The notes: generated by a model not told the origin, from the letters alone. Shown: positions 38,950 through 54,300, numbered from the whole stretch's first letter. The stretch: DNA of 63,332 bases, filler included, from Octopus bimaculoides (GCF_001194135.2; 6 parts of 5 records of this genome joined end to end with filler, not necessarily neighbours in it); one strand, 5' to 3'. Translations and numbers: made by a program.

Positions 38950-41030
38950 TCAGCCAGGACTAAGCAACAGCATCCTTTCAGTTTCTTGTGATGATCATGT
39001 GTTGTTCTTGGGCCTCAAGTTATTCATGACAAAATTGACTGTTCCAATGTTATCCTGGCATAATGTATTTATGACTACATCGATCAATAAGTATGGTGTT
39101 TGATCTAAAGGAGCTTTGACTGTTCTTTTTAGCAGGTCGACGAGTAAATAGTTCTTTTACTGTCTCATTACACAAGATATTTAAGAGAGAGGCACATCAT
39201 TGATAGATACGTTGTCATATTCATTCGTCGTTGTTCCTATTTTACAATTATGAAGTTGCACTCTCCTTGTAAAACCTGTATCCTTATTTCCTGTAATAAT
39301 GCAATAATCATTCTGATTGTGTCAGATTCGTTCAGGTTTTTCAAGGCTCATTAATTTATTTTCTTGGACTTCCTTAGCATATATTTTAGTGGTCTCATTT
39401 CTAGTGAGAATAGCATCAGAGATGGTCTCTATGGTATGTCATCCATTAGATATTACATCATATAGTTACTTGTCTAGCTTCAGTGTACTGATTTCGAAAG
39501 TAGCCATATATATACTTCAATCAATGTTTTCAGGAAGCAAAATACAATCTATGAGTGGAGAACAAAACTATTTTCCTTCTCTAATCCAGTTAGACTGTAA
39601 GCATGTTCTTTATATGTTTTCGAACTCCTAATAGAAACTTTATGATCAATATTTACTCGACATGCCCCCAAACGTATTCCTTGACAGTTGATTATTCCTC
39701 TATGATCACATTATTAAATTTGGTACTATTCTAGGGGAACAGGTTGAAGCAAATTGTACACTGTTTGTATATAAAGTTCGGACATTCAATTGGAAGGTAG
39801 CTTTTAGCCAAGATTGTCACCTTTTTCTTAGCTGTCAGCTATGGTTTTGCTATTGTCGATTAAGTGTAATAATAATCCCACTGAAGGCTGACAAGTTGAT
39901 TACAGTAAAAGCATATTGTACCTGAGTCTTTACTATCTTACAGTGTTTCCAACATCATTCCAGAAACATTATTACCATACGTGGTACAGTTTAAGTTTTA
40001 GATAAAATGTGAAATATTCAACTGATATTATATTCAACAGTAAAAGACTGGGAACTGAAATTCAAACTGAAGAAGTAGTTGAAGGTCCCAAAATCTGTCG
40101 TCTCAACATCCTTACTGACAGATATTGTGCTTATTACAGAAGCATCCAAGTAGGTGTTTTTGTTTTTTTGGCCGTGTTTTCAGAATTCTCTGTTCCCTGG
40201 GACGACCGCATCGAGGAGACAAACGAAAGTAAGACGGAGGAGGTGTTTTGATGTGCTTGTGGAGCTGTGCCAAAGCAATGGAATACAAGCAAGGTGTGAT
40301 CTGAACTAAGCAGGTTTGCAGGCCAGTTCCTCTGCAAAACTTAAGGGCCAGTCGGCAGAGAGCCACCAAGTTTGCGGTGGAGGCAGTAGAGATTGTCTGA
40401 AGGTGGCTGTAAATCAAGAGGCGCCAGTCCTTGAAGGAGTAGTGCTACCTGGGGTAGTTCTAATTGCATACAAGCCAGGGCTTGATCAGCTCAGGCTATT
40501 TCATCCAGGTGAAGGTATCTGATTATTGAAAGACCCAAAACACCTAACGACCCCAGGAAACATCACTGATAATATATTCGGGTGCATCACAGGATGGTAT
40601 GTAAAAGAGTTAATCAACCTCTCGTCCAGATAGCTTTCCAGTTTATATTTCCCTCAAGGATGTAGTTATTTTCCCTCTCTTGAGATGGAACTCTTAGGCT
40701 TGAATTTGCTGCACTTTCTTTTCCCTGTTCACTGAGTTTTGATATTGCCCTCGTATTATATTGATTATTTATCTTCCAGCCATCTCCAGCTTTTAATTCT
40801 TGTTTAATAGATATCAGCATTTAATTCTTGCTTCTGAGATATCGTTTTCAGTTCTTCTTTCAAAGATATCAGCTATTAATTCTCGTTTCAGAGTTATCAA
40901 TTGCCATTTCCAAACATCATCACAATTTTCTCTTTCAATTTCATTTGATGAAAGGTGAACTTATTTATTTTATTACATTTCATAAAAGTTTCAACATAAT
41001 TACGGCAACTTTTCTCTCAGGTCCAGATCT
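38950..41030 (-). mobile_element. Very decayed LINE 5' half (ORF1-like coiled coil, then APE endonuclease remnant)
   Basis: Stop-riddled minus-strand remnants TKIYAKE...NDYCIITGNKD...YLLIDVVI parallel APE motifs (VYAP, GDFN, IDY). Upstream LISLKEELKTISQKQE and SQERENNYILEG resemble ORF1. Clade uncertain. Confidence 0.4.
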
Positions 41031-41148
41031 TCTTCTTCTTCTTCTTCTTCTTCTTCTTCTTCTTCTTCTTCTTCTTCTTCTTCTTCTTCTTCTTCTTCTT
41101 CTTCTTCTTCTTCTTCTTCTTCTTCTTCTTCTTCTTCTTCTTCTTCTT
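41029..41148 (+). repeat. Pure (CTT)n microsatellite, ~40 units
   Basis: Direct reading. Confidence 0.98.
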
Positions 41149-41708
41149 GTCTTTGATGACTTATTCTTGTTTATTTCTCTGATATTCCCGAGATGGTGCT
41201 CAACTCTTATTCAAAACTAGAAAATATAAACAAGAATCTATTTACTTGAAGTTGGTTGAACTTTATCTTCTAAATGTTTCTTCCAAAGGCATTAATCATT
41301 ATCATACGCAACTTTGCAGGAGTTTATTCATAATAATGAATCAAAATATATCATAAAATCGTAACTGAAATGAAATCAACATCTTGCAGAAAACGTTTCT
41401 TTATACTTCATTATATTGCATATATCTCTCTCATGGGACATAATCACTACCATTTCCGTGTGCGCATCAATTAAGATTGCTGAGTCAAAATATTTACCTA
41501 CAGCCACGACGTCAGATGCCGTCGTGATATATGTGAATACATACATACAGAAATACATATATACATACATAATACATATTATATATATATGTGTGTGTGC
41601 GTGTGTGTGAGCGCACTGGGATTGAACTCATCAACTAGCCCCCTCTCCAGGAAAATTCGTCGTCGTAACCGACAGAGAGCCAGTGCATACATACATACAT
41701 ACATACAT

Positions 41709-41739
<31 letters not shown>

Positions 41740-41916
41740 GGCGTCGACTGTGTGGTAAGATGCTTGCTTCCCAACTGCATGGTTCCAGGTTCAGTCCCGC
41801 TGCATAGCACCTTTTGTGCCAGGGTATTCTACTATAGCTTTGTGCTGACCAAAGCCTTTTAAGTGAGTTTGGTAGATGGAAACTGAAAGCCCATCGTGTG
41901 TGTGTATATATATATA

Positions 41917-42016
41917 NNNNNNNNNNNNNNNNNNNNNNNNNNNNNNNNNNNNNNNNNNNNTTAATTAATTAANNNNNNNNNNNNNNNNNNNNNNNNNNNN
42001 NNNNNNNNNNNNNNNN
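41917..42016. other. Artificial scaffold linker
   Basis: Same 44+12+44 structure. Confidence 0.95.
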
Positions 42017-42157
42017 GTGTGTGTGTGTGTGTGTGTGTATTTATTTATGTATACTTCACACACACATATGTACATATATATACAAATATATTTATATATA
42101 TATGTGTGTGTGTGTGTGTGTGGGTGTGTGTGTGTGTGTATACAGGGGAGAGACAGG

Positions 42158-42214
<57 letters not shown>

Positions 42215-42546
42215 GATGTTGATGATGATGGTGGTGATGACAACGATAACGACGCAACAATTGCTATCTTCTGTTTATTTGCGAAATATTTCATTGCCAA
42301 TAGAGATCACAATGAATTTGTCTCTTGTGATGGATTAGTATAGCTCATAATTGATGCATTTATATATATTTGTTTCTATACGCCATTTTGTGTGTCTTCA
42401 TGCATGAATATTTATACGTGTACGCATACGTACGTATGTGAGAGTAACTGTGCATGAGTGTATGTATTTCTATTTTGTGTGCATGTATATTGTAGTATGT
42501 ACGTACGTCCACGTATATGTATGTATGTGTGTGTGTGTGTGTGTGT

Positions 42547-42607
<61 letters not shown>

Positions 42608-43544
42608 ATGTGTGCCTTGTCAGTGTATGCATATGTATATGCTTTTATGCTTGCTTGTTATTTCCCATCTACGGTCCAATTATAATTTACCCACTTTTAT
42701 GATAACACCAATTTCCATGGGAATATATCACAGCGTAATTTTCATGTCTTTTTCCTAATCCAATTAGGCTAATTATCTTTCAATGATTTTTTTTTTAATC
42801 TTCAGTTTGAAATGTCAAGTAATTCCAAAGATTTTACTGTAATGAGGGTGATGACCTGGTAGTAATTTTAAAGTTTCGGATAAATACATAGTGAGTTCAA
42901 ATCCTGCTGAAGTCGAATTTGTTTTTCAGCCTTCCGGACACGATAGAACAAAATACCAGTTTATAGTAAGATTGTTGTTATCAGCTATTCTCCTCACTTG
43001 AAATTTCAGGCATTGTGCATTCCGAAATTTTATGTTATCAGTGCCTGAAAAATAAATGGTAAAGACGACTTCGGAGTGATGAGTGATTTGAACTCAGATG
43101 TTTACATTCCGATTTAATACCACCGAGGTCAATGTTGCCTGTCATACCTCAAGAGTAATCTATGTAAGGAGTTTGGTGGTATCGACTAATCTCTCATAAT
43201 TTTCGGATCTTGTGCTTATATCAGAAGCAATTTTTATTAAAAGTCGGTGAGTTGGCAGAATCGTTAGTCATCTAGAATCCCACCGAACTTTACTTTTAGT
43301 CCTTTCAGAATCGATCGTATCGACTAACCTGTATTGATTCTATGTAATTTGAACAAGCTGGCCATAAGGTAGACATGACATAATTTTACTTGAGAGAAAT
43401 GATAATAAGCAATGAAGTAATACTCTGTTTTTCAAACTTCCGGAATCAGTAAAATAGGTATATCGGTATATTCGATATTCCATTATACCCCAATCTCCTC
43501 CTCCTCTCTGCCTGTCTCTCTCTCTTTCTCTCTCTGTCCTATCT

Positions 43545-43602
<58 letters not shown>

Positions 43603-43942
43603 TCTCTCTTATGTTAGACCCCGTGCTCGTGTTAAAAGCAATATTTTTCGGTCGATGTGTCAGCAGAAGGAGACATTGTTTTGCTGTATTGAGCTATGTG
43701 TCTTCGATTTTGAGTTTAAAGCCTGTGAGGTTTCATTTTGCCTTTTATTATTATGGAAGTTGAAAAAGTATGCTATAATTTTATATCAGACACGCTTAAA
43801 TCGATTATAATTCCTACCGTATCAATATCTTTCATTGTGAAAAAAAAAAACAGGATCACTGGATAACGGCTCAAATAACGGTGTTTAGCCTATAGCACTC
43901 ACACGAAATTTCCCTCTTTCGTTAATGCAATACACACATATG

Positions 43943-44033
<91 letters not shown>

Positions 44034-44723
44034 TTGTGTGTGTCTGTATAATTCGTGTGGTTTAATAAGGCACCAATTGTTTCATGCTTAAAGATTTTCA
44101 AATTAGTTCAAGCGTGTCACATAGAAGTGGGATGAGAATATAGTCTTCACACGAGACTGAAATGGATTTCGAAATAAATACACAGATTACTGGAGGTAAT
44201 TTATAAGAATGTCTTAATTATCTCTCTTGCATAAGCGCTGAGATTTGGCAAGAAATTATGTTCACCATTGATTAATTAATTCCCATATTTATAACTGTAT
44301 ATGTATGTACACATATATTCACCCACACATAAAAAACTATAAAATCAAACACACATACGTACACACACACGTGTACATATGTGTTTGTGTGAGTGTGTGT
44401 GCATAATGCATATGCATATATGAATGCGTGCATATATATATATGTGTGTGTGCGTGTACGTATATATGTATATGTGTGTATAATGGTGAGTAAAAGTGTA
44501 CGTGCGCCGCTATATGTATATATAAAATCTCTCTAAAGCTGAGATACAGCAGCAGTACTGGGTATTAACGTGGCAGTCCACAGAAACAGGACGAATGCTG
44601 CTGTTGATTAGCTCCGGGAAGTGATCGCCTCTAGCTAGCTATATATACAGGGTCCGCCATAAGTAACTATATATTTTCTTTTGCTTGTAACTTTTACTTG
44701 TAACACGCACACACATACACATA

Positions 44724-45660
44724 TAAGGCCATCACATAAATAATGCGGTTTATTTTATACTTCTTTTATTTTTCAACATTAAGTTAAAAAAATTCTCTTT
44801 TAATCTAAAATATACTCGCCTTCATTTTCTACAATTCTCTTCCATCTATATGCTGGGTGGGACATCGTTTCCCATTCAAGCTGCTCCAGCCTTTGGAATG
44901 TCATCCTCACTGCATGTGGCTGAGCATTTTCCTGATGGAACAACAATTTTCCTCTTGAAACCCAAAATGGTCGTTTTTCTTCTAGTGCTGACTTAAGCCG
45001 CTCATGTTGCTCACAGCAGATCTCCATTGTTATCGTTTGATTTGGGTTTAAAAGTTCAAAGTGGACTAAACCTTTCATATCCAAGCCAACAGATAGAAAC
45101 TCCTTAAGTGGTGAAGACCTTCTTTAACCGGGGGTGCCGGTGTTTCTCCTTTCCCTGCCCACAGTCTTCGGCGCTTGACATTTTTATAGAGAACCCATTT
45201 CTCGTCACCAGTCACTAATCGGTTGAAAAATGGTTCATTCATGAGACGTGGCAGCAAAGTAGAGCACACAAACACTCACAGCACGCGATTAGACTCAGAA
45301 CGTTTGTGAGGAACCCGTTGACCTAATTTGCTGATTTCTCCGATGACACGCAGGTGTCGATGAATAGTTGAGTGACCAAATCCAAGCTTGTCTGCTAGTT
45401 CCTCAACAGTTACAATGGGATTTTGTTCCACCTGGATTTGCAGGACGTCCTCGTCGAGCTCTTCAGATCTTACAGTACGAGGCTCGTTTTCTAGGCTGTA
45501 GTTTCCGGTTCAGAATTTCTGGAACCACCATTGTCACTGGCTTATTTTCCGATCCCCATATACTGCATTAATATTCCTCGCACTTTCCGTAGTGTTGTTG
45601 CCTTTATTGAACTTATTGAAGCAAAATATACCGAATATGCATTGTCACTTCCATTTTATC
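44724..45660 (-). mobile_element. Degenerate mariner (Tc1/mariner) transposon with internal deletion
   Basis: Frameshifted transposase: HTH region (NKGNNTTESARNINAVYG...WWFQKF), QRVPHK (WVPHEL-like), GDEKWVLY, HQENAQPH, then HPAY fused directly to RWKRIVENEGEYILD*. The SPDLAP/third-Asp segment is missing. A TIR-like end lies near 44724-44750. Confidence 0.9.
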
Positions 45661-45715
45661 TTTGAAAAGCTGTTAAAATTGAACAGCACTCAGGTAGTAA
45701 TTTTCGCTCTCATAG

Positions 45716-46112
45716 ATGCAGGCGTGGCTCTGTGGTAAGAAGCTTGCTTCCAAACCACTTTCTTCCGGGTCAGTCCCACTGCATGCCACCTGAGCAAGTG
45801 TCTTCTACTATAGCCTCGGACTGACCAAAATATTGTGTGTGTATTTGGTAGTCGGAAATTGAAAAGAAGCCCGTCGTGTATATATATATATATGTGTGTG
45901 TGTGTGTGAGTTTTCCACCACCACCACTTGACAATCGGTGCTGGTGTGTTTACGTCCCAGAAACTTAGCGATTCAGCAAAAGAATCCGATAGAATAAGTA
46001 CCACTCTTAAAATAATAAAGACTGGGCTCAATTCATTTGGCTAAAACTTCTTCAAGACATTGCCCCAGCATGGCTGCAATCTAATGACTGAAACAATCAA
46101 ATAATAAAAGAT
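45716..46112 (+). mobile_element. SINE family A
   Basis: Collinear with family A; lies next to the 5' end of the mariner remnant. Confidence 0.85.
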
Positions 46113-47264
46113 AAATATCTCAGCCAACTTCTGAACTATGCCCAGGGTCTAACTTTCTTTGAGAATCTCAAAACTGTTGCCTAGTATGTTTGTGTAACAT
46201 ACCGTGTATGTTGTTAAAGAAGATGTCTCTTGAACGATGATATAAACTGGAAGTGAATGCAGTCTCACATAGTCCAAGCCAAATGAGATTTTTACTATCA
46301 TTTTCTGATATAATCACCAAAATATTATCAGAAGATATACTGTATCAAGCAGAGAGGGTGTAGAAAAGAAACCCTCTTTTGGAATTTTTATTTGCTGCAC
46401 GCAACCAAGCTGGCACGTGTGAATTTGCCAGCTCCTATACAAACTGCGGCTGCAACTCTCAGTCAAGAAATTCTTAAAATACCAAGCTATGGTATTTAAC
46501 AACTGGAACAGCATAATCAGTAAAATCGACCACTCAGCAACCCAAACCTAAAATAAATAAATAAATAAATAAATAAATAAAAAAGGCTTATACGAAGATT
46601 AAACAACTGGTGAATTAGTTTCGGAAGAAATAGTTATCCCGGATACCTCTGGTGGAAGAACCAATGACATTTTTGAGCACGTAATTTTGGTAACAGAGAT
46701 TTGCTTGAGTTGGGGGGGGAAAGTATCAAAAGCATAAGATAACATAGAAACCTGAAAATTTAAAATATATTCAAACATAATTACAAATACGAAGCATTAT
46801 ATAAAACCTGGCTGTAATGCGAGATTCTCCAAACACACACACATACACACACACGTATATATATATATATATATATNNNNNNNNNNNNNNNNNNNNNNNN
46901 NNNNNNNNNNNNNNNNNNNNNNNNNNNNNNNNNNNNNNNNNNNNNNNNNNNNNNNNNNNNNNNNNNNNNNNNNNNNNNNNNNNNNNNNNNNNNNNNNNNN
47001 NNNNNNNNNNNNNNNNNNNNNNNNNNNNNNNNNNNNNNNNNNNNNNNNNNNNNNNNNNNNNNNNNNNNNNNNNNNNNNNNNNNNNNNNNNNNNNNNNNNN
47101 NNNNNNNNNNNNNNNNNNNNNNNNNNNNNNNNNNNNNNNNNNNNNNNNNNNNNNNNNNNNNNNNNNNNNNNNNNNNNNNNNNNNNNNNNNNNNNNNNNNN
47201 NNNNNNNNNNNNNNNNNNNNNNNNNNNNNNNNNNNNNNNNNNNNNNNNNNNNNNNNNNNNNNNN

Positions 47265-47297
<33 letters not shown>

Positions 47298-48849
47298 ACG
47301 GTCTTTCAATTTCTGTCCACCAAATCCACTCACAGACCCTTTGTCGTTCCGATGTTATAGTGGAAGACACTTGCCTAAGGTACCACAGAATGAGACTGGA
47401 CTCGAATCTATGTGATTGGGAAGTAAATTTCGTACCATACAGTCACAGAATATATTTGTCGATAATTAAATTTCCACATTTCATAATTCCATAGTCATAA
47501 CTTCGAAAAGATATATCACGGTTTCAAATACGTTTGAAGATAGAAAATGATTAAGGTTTTCGTTATTTCATATTTAAACTTAATTTGACAAAAAAAAATC
47601 CGGTTTTAAGCTCCATAAATCAGACTAATAATTTTAAAATGTTTAAATATAATTAACAGACCGGTATTTAAAATATAACACCTAAATATTTTATAAATTT
47701 AAACAAATTTAAGCGTTAAATAGATAATGAAAGGAATATAAATATAAGATTTTTTACTTTCCATTAAGAAGTAACTAACATTTACAAGGAACAGTTTTAT
47801 AAAGATAAGAATTTGAATAAAAGCAGTGTTTAAATAAATACTGCCAATGAAAGCGGTGAGCTGGCAGAATCGTTACCGCGCCAGGGAAAACTGCATTCAA
47901 ATGCTACTGGTGTCAACTTTGTCTTTCAGCCATGCAGGGTCAATAAAATAAGTACCAGCTAGACACTAGGTCCATGTAATCGACCTGCTTCCTTCCTCGA
48001 AATTGCTGGCATTGCTCCGAAATTTGAAATCAGTATACTCTGCCATTACAAGGCTCCCAGCAACCAGGATGCTTAGCACGTCGGAAAAAATTCTTTGCGG
48101 CTTTACTTCTGGGTTCACATACCAGCACGGTCAACTTTTTTTAGCCTTCCAAGATTGGAAGGCTAAAAATTACATTGTCAATTACATTGACTGGTGTCAA
48201 TGTAATTGACTAACCCACTCGTCTTAAAACTGCTAGCATTTTTCCAAACTTTGAAGCAATGTATATTGCCAATATGTATCGTATATAAAATATTACTGCC
48301 ATCGCCGCCCTTTGTAATACAATTAATAGAAGACTTTATGTAATTATATTTTGATATGGATATATACGGATCTAGATGGACAGAAGAGAGGAAAAAATAA
48401 ATAACATTTTATCTTGCATGCTATTTGAAACCGAGTACATACTTTTCGAAAATACGTTTTTTAAAAGAAGCATTTTAGAAACATATTTAAATCTCGGACG
48501 ATACCCGTACAATATTCTTGGTCCTGTCTGTTTTCCACATCAGAACAGATGCTTGATATGTCTTAGGAACATACTGTGAAGTTTGCCAGAAAGGATATCG
48601 CTTCTAACACAATCTGGAAAGCGACTGTTGGCAAGATGAAGAGCCTGCTCACAATGCAATCGTCAGCAAGTTTGTTGTAATCTCACACCAGCAAGTCAGA
48701 AATCAGACTGTGTCAAGCATAAGATGTCAAAAAAAAAAACACGGCTGCAGGTTACATCTGCCATGTAGAACAAAGCACTGATCCTCATACAAAATTATAC
48801 TGTTTTCATACTTCTGGTACTAGACACCATTAGGTACTTTTCTAGGGCA

Positions 48850-50200
48850 TGTGTGCTGTGTGTGATGGATGTGTGTGTTCTCTTGCGATATATAGCAGTC
48901 CACTTCCACGTCTTCTTGTTCATTGCCATTGTTCTTCAAACGAATCTTATACATCATCTTTATGTATTCTTTGATGACTTTCTTCCACTTCATCTTTCTA
49001 CCTGCTCTTCCTTTTTCATCCCCTCTTATAGAATATATTCTGTAGTTGATATCCTGTATCTATTGTTTTCTGTTCATGCTCAATTACCTTCCCACATAAC
49101 TCTTGTTTTTTTTCTTCTTAATTCAATAGTTCTCATTCCTATTTTATCTCTACACATCTAATTCTATCTTTCAACAAAACATTCATCCTTCTTATCATGA
49201 CATATTGCATTGTTCTCATTTCGATTTTCATCCTCTTTCTTATCTTACATGTTGTTGGCACTCCGTCGCTTACGACGTCGTGGGTTCCAGTTGATCCGAT
49301 CAACGGAACAGCCTGCTCGTGAAATTAACGTGCAAGTGGCTGAGCACTCCACAGACACGTGTACCCTTAACGTAGTTTACGGGGATATTCAGCGTGACAC
49401 AATGTGACAAGGCTGACCCTTTGAATTACAGGCACAACAGAAACAGGAAGAAAGAGTGAGAGAAAGTTGTGGTGAAGGAGTACAGCAGGGTTCGCCACCA
49501 TCCCCTGTCAGAGCCTCGTGGAGCTTTTTGGTGTTTTCGCTCAATAAACACTCACAACGCCCGGTCTGGGAATCGAAACCGCGATCTTATGACCGCGACC
49601 TGCTGCCCTAACCACTGGGCCATTGCGCCTCCACTATCTTACATATACTACTCCCATATGCCAATATTGATAAAACACATTGGTTGAACACTTTCCTTAA
49701 TGATAAATGTAATATTTTTGTACCAAAATATATTTCTGCGAGTGAGAATATTTTTGGAGGAAAAACTTGTTTGCAAACGGTTCCATCCCACTATTTTCCT
49801 TTTCCTCAATGCTTCTTTTATAACTGACATTCATATCTGACTTACGAATTTACAAATATTCAATTTCTCTATTATTGCATTTTCCATTTTTATTTATATC
49901 ACAAGTGTCACAGATTGTCGGTTATTTGGGCTTCCCCTGGTGCTTGTTTAACTCTACTATTTTACTTGGCCTAATAATTTGGTTTAATGTTCTAATTTTT
50001 CCAATTGCATTTTTGGTGATTGTTATATCATCTGCAAACCTTAGACCCATCAAAGACGCCTTGTTTACCTTTATTTGACTTGGCTCCAAATCTATATTGC
50101 TGAATATAATTTTTTTTTCTTTACCGCACTGAGTCGGTGAATATCTTCCCATTGATGGAATCGTGGAATCTCTCCGTCCACTACTCGTTGTATGAATGCC
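48850..50200 (-). mobile_element. Decayed RTE (BovB-like) LINE, RT and C-terminus, interrupted by a SINE
   Basis: Remnant motifs in order: GLRFADDITIT...KPK, LRKVFNQCVLSILAYGS, RRMNVLLKDRIR and GRAGRKMKW. Confidence 0.7.
49254..49632 (-). mobile_element. SINE family D with 10-bp target-site duplication
   Basis: TATCTTACAT occurs at 49241-49250 and 49635-49644; the element is inserted inside the RTE remnant. Confidence 0.9.
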
Positions 50201-50358
50201 ATTCCGCAAATGGTGGATGAATGGATAATTTCATATATATAAATGTAAAACTCTGTAATTCCTGTTAGCAAATGAAACATGTGTAATGGTGAATAATTAC
50301 CGATAGATTTTACAACTTATTTTGTTTTATATATATATATATATATAATATATATATA

Positions 50359-50458
50359 NNNNNNNNNNNNNNNNNNNNNNNNNNNNNNNNNNNNNNNNNN
50401 NNTTAATTAATTAANNNNNNNNNNNNNNNNNNNNNNNNNNNNNNNNNNNNNNNNNNNN
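50359..50458. other. Artificial scaffold linker
   Basis: Same 44+12+44 structure. Confidence 0.95.
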
Positions 50459-50522
<64 letters not shown>

Positions 50523-50679
50523 GGGTCTGTATATATATATACATATATATATGCGTGTGGGTGGGTGTTAAGTGTAATAATCACAAGAATGAGATAAAAA
50601 TTATCAATAACAATTATTATTATCATCAATATTGTACCCAGTTATTACTGGAAACATCATCACCACCAGCATCACCACC

Positions 50680-51273
50680 GTCATAACAATCACCTCCACC
50701 ATCAAAACTACCATCAGCGCCACTACAACCACCAGTACCGGCACCACGTCACCACCACTACCATTTCTATCACCACCATCATCACCACCACCACTAACGT
50801 CATCGTCATTATTATCGTCATCGTCGTTGTCAGTGGCGGCAGTGGCGGCGGCGGCGGCGGCGGCGGCGATGACATCTCCATTGACACCGCCATTTGCAAA
50901 CTGCAGCTGCAAAAATATTTTAAGAATAAAAATAGTAAGGAAACTTCCGCCAGATTCCAGTGTCATAAATACCAGTTCTAGTCTTCCTAATGTCGTGGCC
51001 ATTATAGTGGGCGTCGGGCGTCGTCGTCGTCATCACCACCACCACTACCATCACCATCACCACTATCACCATCATCATCGTCGTCGTCGTCGTCGACATA
51101 ACCACTGCCATCATCATCATCAGCAGCAGCAGCATCATCATCATCGCTACTGCTACCAATAGCGCCATTTTCAACTCCACCGTCGCCATTTTATTACTGT
51201 TTCATTTCATTTTCTCCGCCTTATTTCTGTAAGAGCGGACAACTACCTGCTGTCAAGGATCTCACACAGTCTC

Positions 51274-51340
<67 letters not shown>
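50680..51340 (+). repeat. Trinucleotide mosaic (ACC/CAT/GGC/CGT) ending in (AGT)n
   Basis: Direct reading. Confidence 0.9.
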
Positions 51341-54300
51341 ACAACTTGGCAGAATCTTTAGCATACCGGACAAATTCCACCTGAGTCGACTTTATCTTTC
51401 ATTCTTTTGGGGTCAATAAAATAAACACTAGCTAAGCACAGGGGTCGAAGTAATCGAGTTAACCCCACCCCTGAAATTTGAAACCATCATCATCATCAAC
51501 CCCATACCATCCGTCTTCTCTACCATATTTACCATCACAACCACTAGTCAACAGTGTTGTGTCTGTTATCACATCTTTAAGCCATTAATTTCATCAATAC
51601 CTACACAAACGCTGATTTGTTTTTCTCACATTAAAATAATTAATAAATATTATCAGCAGGAACACAAACTTCTACCACCACCACTGCCACCGCCCCTCCA
51701 TCGCCACCACCATCACCACCATCATCTCTACCACCACCATCACCTTTACCGTTTCCATTATCAACACCACCACCATCAGCATCATTTCCCATCATCACTG
51801 CGACGACCAACATATATACCACTGTTACTATCTCGTGCTGTGGAGCTCACTCTCGGCTATGTTGTCTTTGATGGTAGGCCGACCCGGTTGTGGTTGACCA
51901 AGGGCTTAAAATTCTGCGCCTTCCACCATCACAAACATTGAGAATCACCATAGCACATCAACAATAAGCAGTGCCAAATGTAGACCTGGTAAGGTTTTAA
52001 AGCAACGTTTAGAAGGCTTAGGGGGTTCCGAGTTGAAAAATTCCATCTAAAGGACGCACAAAAATTAAAAACATTAATAAATCCATCCATCGAGCTATTA
52101 TCTCTGCCCAATTCCTGAGAGGGTCTTAGGGGCCAGAATCCTCAGATTCCTCATCACAACAGTTCTATAAGAAAGCAACCGTCATTGGACTTCCCGACTT
52201 GATTCCCAAACATGACCAGCTGAGACCGTTAAGATTATCCCACCATCTTGTGCTTAGTTGCACGTGACACTTCATAGGGGCCTCTGTCATTGGTGGTAGG
52301 AAAGTGGGACCAGACACATGACCCGAATTCATACAGCAGTGTGAAATTCTGCTAAATATATGCAAGGGTCACGTGGTCCTTGGGTATATTTAACAGGGGT
52401 CCATATTTACCACATGTGACATTTAACTGGGTGACGGATTATGTCTACCTGGGAATAAAGAACAAAACCTACATCACAACCACGACCAACACCACCACCA
52501 CCACCCGTTCAGGAGGAGTGGTCACTTATATGCTACGGTAAAAGGGGAACCGGACCCAAAGAGTTATAAGACTCGACACAGTTATATCCAGGAGGACTTG
52601 CTTTAATGTTTGCTGGTGGAATGACGAAAATGCGAGAACACTTACTGACAAACCTTGATGTTCAATACTTCTGCAATATGTCCGTCTCACGCCTCGAAGT
52701 TCAAGAGGCTGAGTTTACCTGGATTCCAGATTTTGAAGTTGCTTAGGCTGAGAGTACAAAAGCCTCTCACATCTGAATGGTGCGCCAGCCTGTTGAAGGG
52801 GTTACAACGGTGCCAATAGATCTCTTTTTTCATTTTTTCTCTTTCGTGAAAAGGCCGGTCAAATTTGAAACACGTCATGTAAGTTCAAGCCCGTTATAAG
52901 CCGTAAAATACGTTTTCCCACATGCTGGTTCACAGTACAATCGTCCATGAAACTGGAAACTAAATAACAACAAAAAAGAAAAAAGACTAACCAACATACA
53001 GAGGAAATTGTTGTTGCTTAGCTTCGGGTCATTTCTGAACAAGAAGATTTTACATCAAAGGTATTTGTGAATGTATTTTTATTATTATCTAGAACTACAT
53101 TTTTTAATGTGTTCTTTCCTCCTCTAAAGCAGTAGGGTAGTGGGTCTCAAACGGAGCGCCGCAAGACATATCAAGACTAAGCGCGAACTTAAAGCAAAAT
53201 ATAATTAAAAGTTTTCTGAAAATCCATATTAATGTTTGAGTGTCTTCAAAAACGCTGGGATCGACTTCCACTTTCATCTTTCTGGTGTTGATAACACATT
53301 GATCCTGAATCGCCAAAAGGAACCTCCTCAGTCGAGTTCCAAACCAGGCAACACACATGTCGATGTGACTCAGGATATTGATTTTTTTATTCATTATTCA
53401 TGCTATAATGTTACTCTGGGAATTATAGTCAAGATGGCGAGTTGGCAGAATCGCAAGACCGTCTCGTACGATTCGTTCCAGTTTCTGTCCATTCCGAGTT
53501 CTAATACAACTGAGGAGTCACAGCTCCGTTTCTATCTTTTCATTATACACAAGTACAATTCTTGGTTCCAAATTTTGGCACAAGGCTGGCAATTTCGGGT
53601 GCGGAGAGGAGGAGGTCGATTATATCGACTCCAGTTTTCAGCTGGTACTTATTTCATCGGCCTCCAAAGATTGAACGGCAAAGTCGACCTCGGTGGAATT
53701 TGAACTCAGAACTAAGACGGAAGAAACGCCGCTAAGCATTTTGTCCGGTGTGCTAACGATTCTACCTTCGGCACCTAAAGCGGAAGCAGCTAAAAGAAGT
53801 AAATGTGTGAGTTGAGAGAGATAAACTGTAATGTTTCAAAGGACTGTTCCCTCGATCTTAGCGCTCCATAAGACTGGAACTGGTTTGGATTTTCAAAGCG
53901 TTTGGGTTGAGAGAACAAACCTTCCTGACTAAACAGGATTTTAATCTATAAGGGAGTTCAAGCCCAGGTGTCACCGGTATTCGTTTTCAGCCAAGTATAC
54001 TGGAGCAACATGAGATGGAATGCCTTGCTCAAAGACACTACGCGCCACCCTGTTCAAGAGCCCACTATCTAACGACCATGAGCCCCAACCCGCTAACCAC
54101 TAAAACCACGCTTTTTCACACTCTCAGAAGTGACAGGTGAGTGTTCTGTGAACCACTGAAAATTTTGGGACGGGATTAAGAACCGTTGTGTAGCAATCCC
54201 AGCGCCTCCTGGCGGCATGCTAGAATCTATGCTTAATATCATTGGTCGACAAGGAAGAGCGATGGTGTCGGTGTCTGGGCATAAAAAACCATGCTCTTCT

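Noticed and set aside
40828-41220. 130-aa ORF with poly-Leu resembling a signal or TM segment
   Set aside because: Produced by the (CTT)n microsatellite.
46364-46477. LEFLFAARNQAGTCEF resembling a fibronectin-III strand
   Set aside because: Bounded by stops with only a weak acceptor and no donor; likely chance.
48566-48607. GTYCEVCQKGYRF resembling a laminin-EGF motif
   Set aside because: An in-frame stop follows immediately and no donor site is present.
50604-51189. T/S/A/H-rich ORFs resembling a transcription-factor low-complexity region
   Set aside because: Trinucleotide mosaic open on both strands with no recognisable domain or splice sites.
51850-52900. GC-richer unique-looking stretch, considered as exon or LTR remnant
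   Set aside because: I found no recognisable motif, splice pair or terminal repeat; left uncalled.
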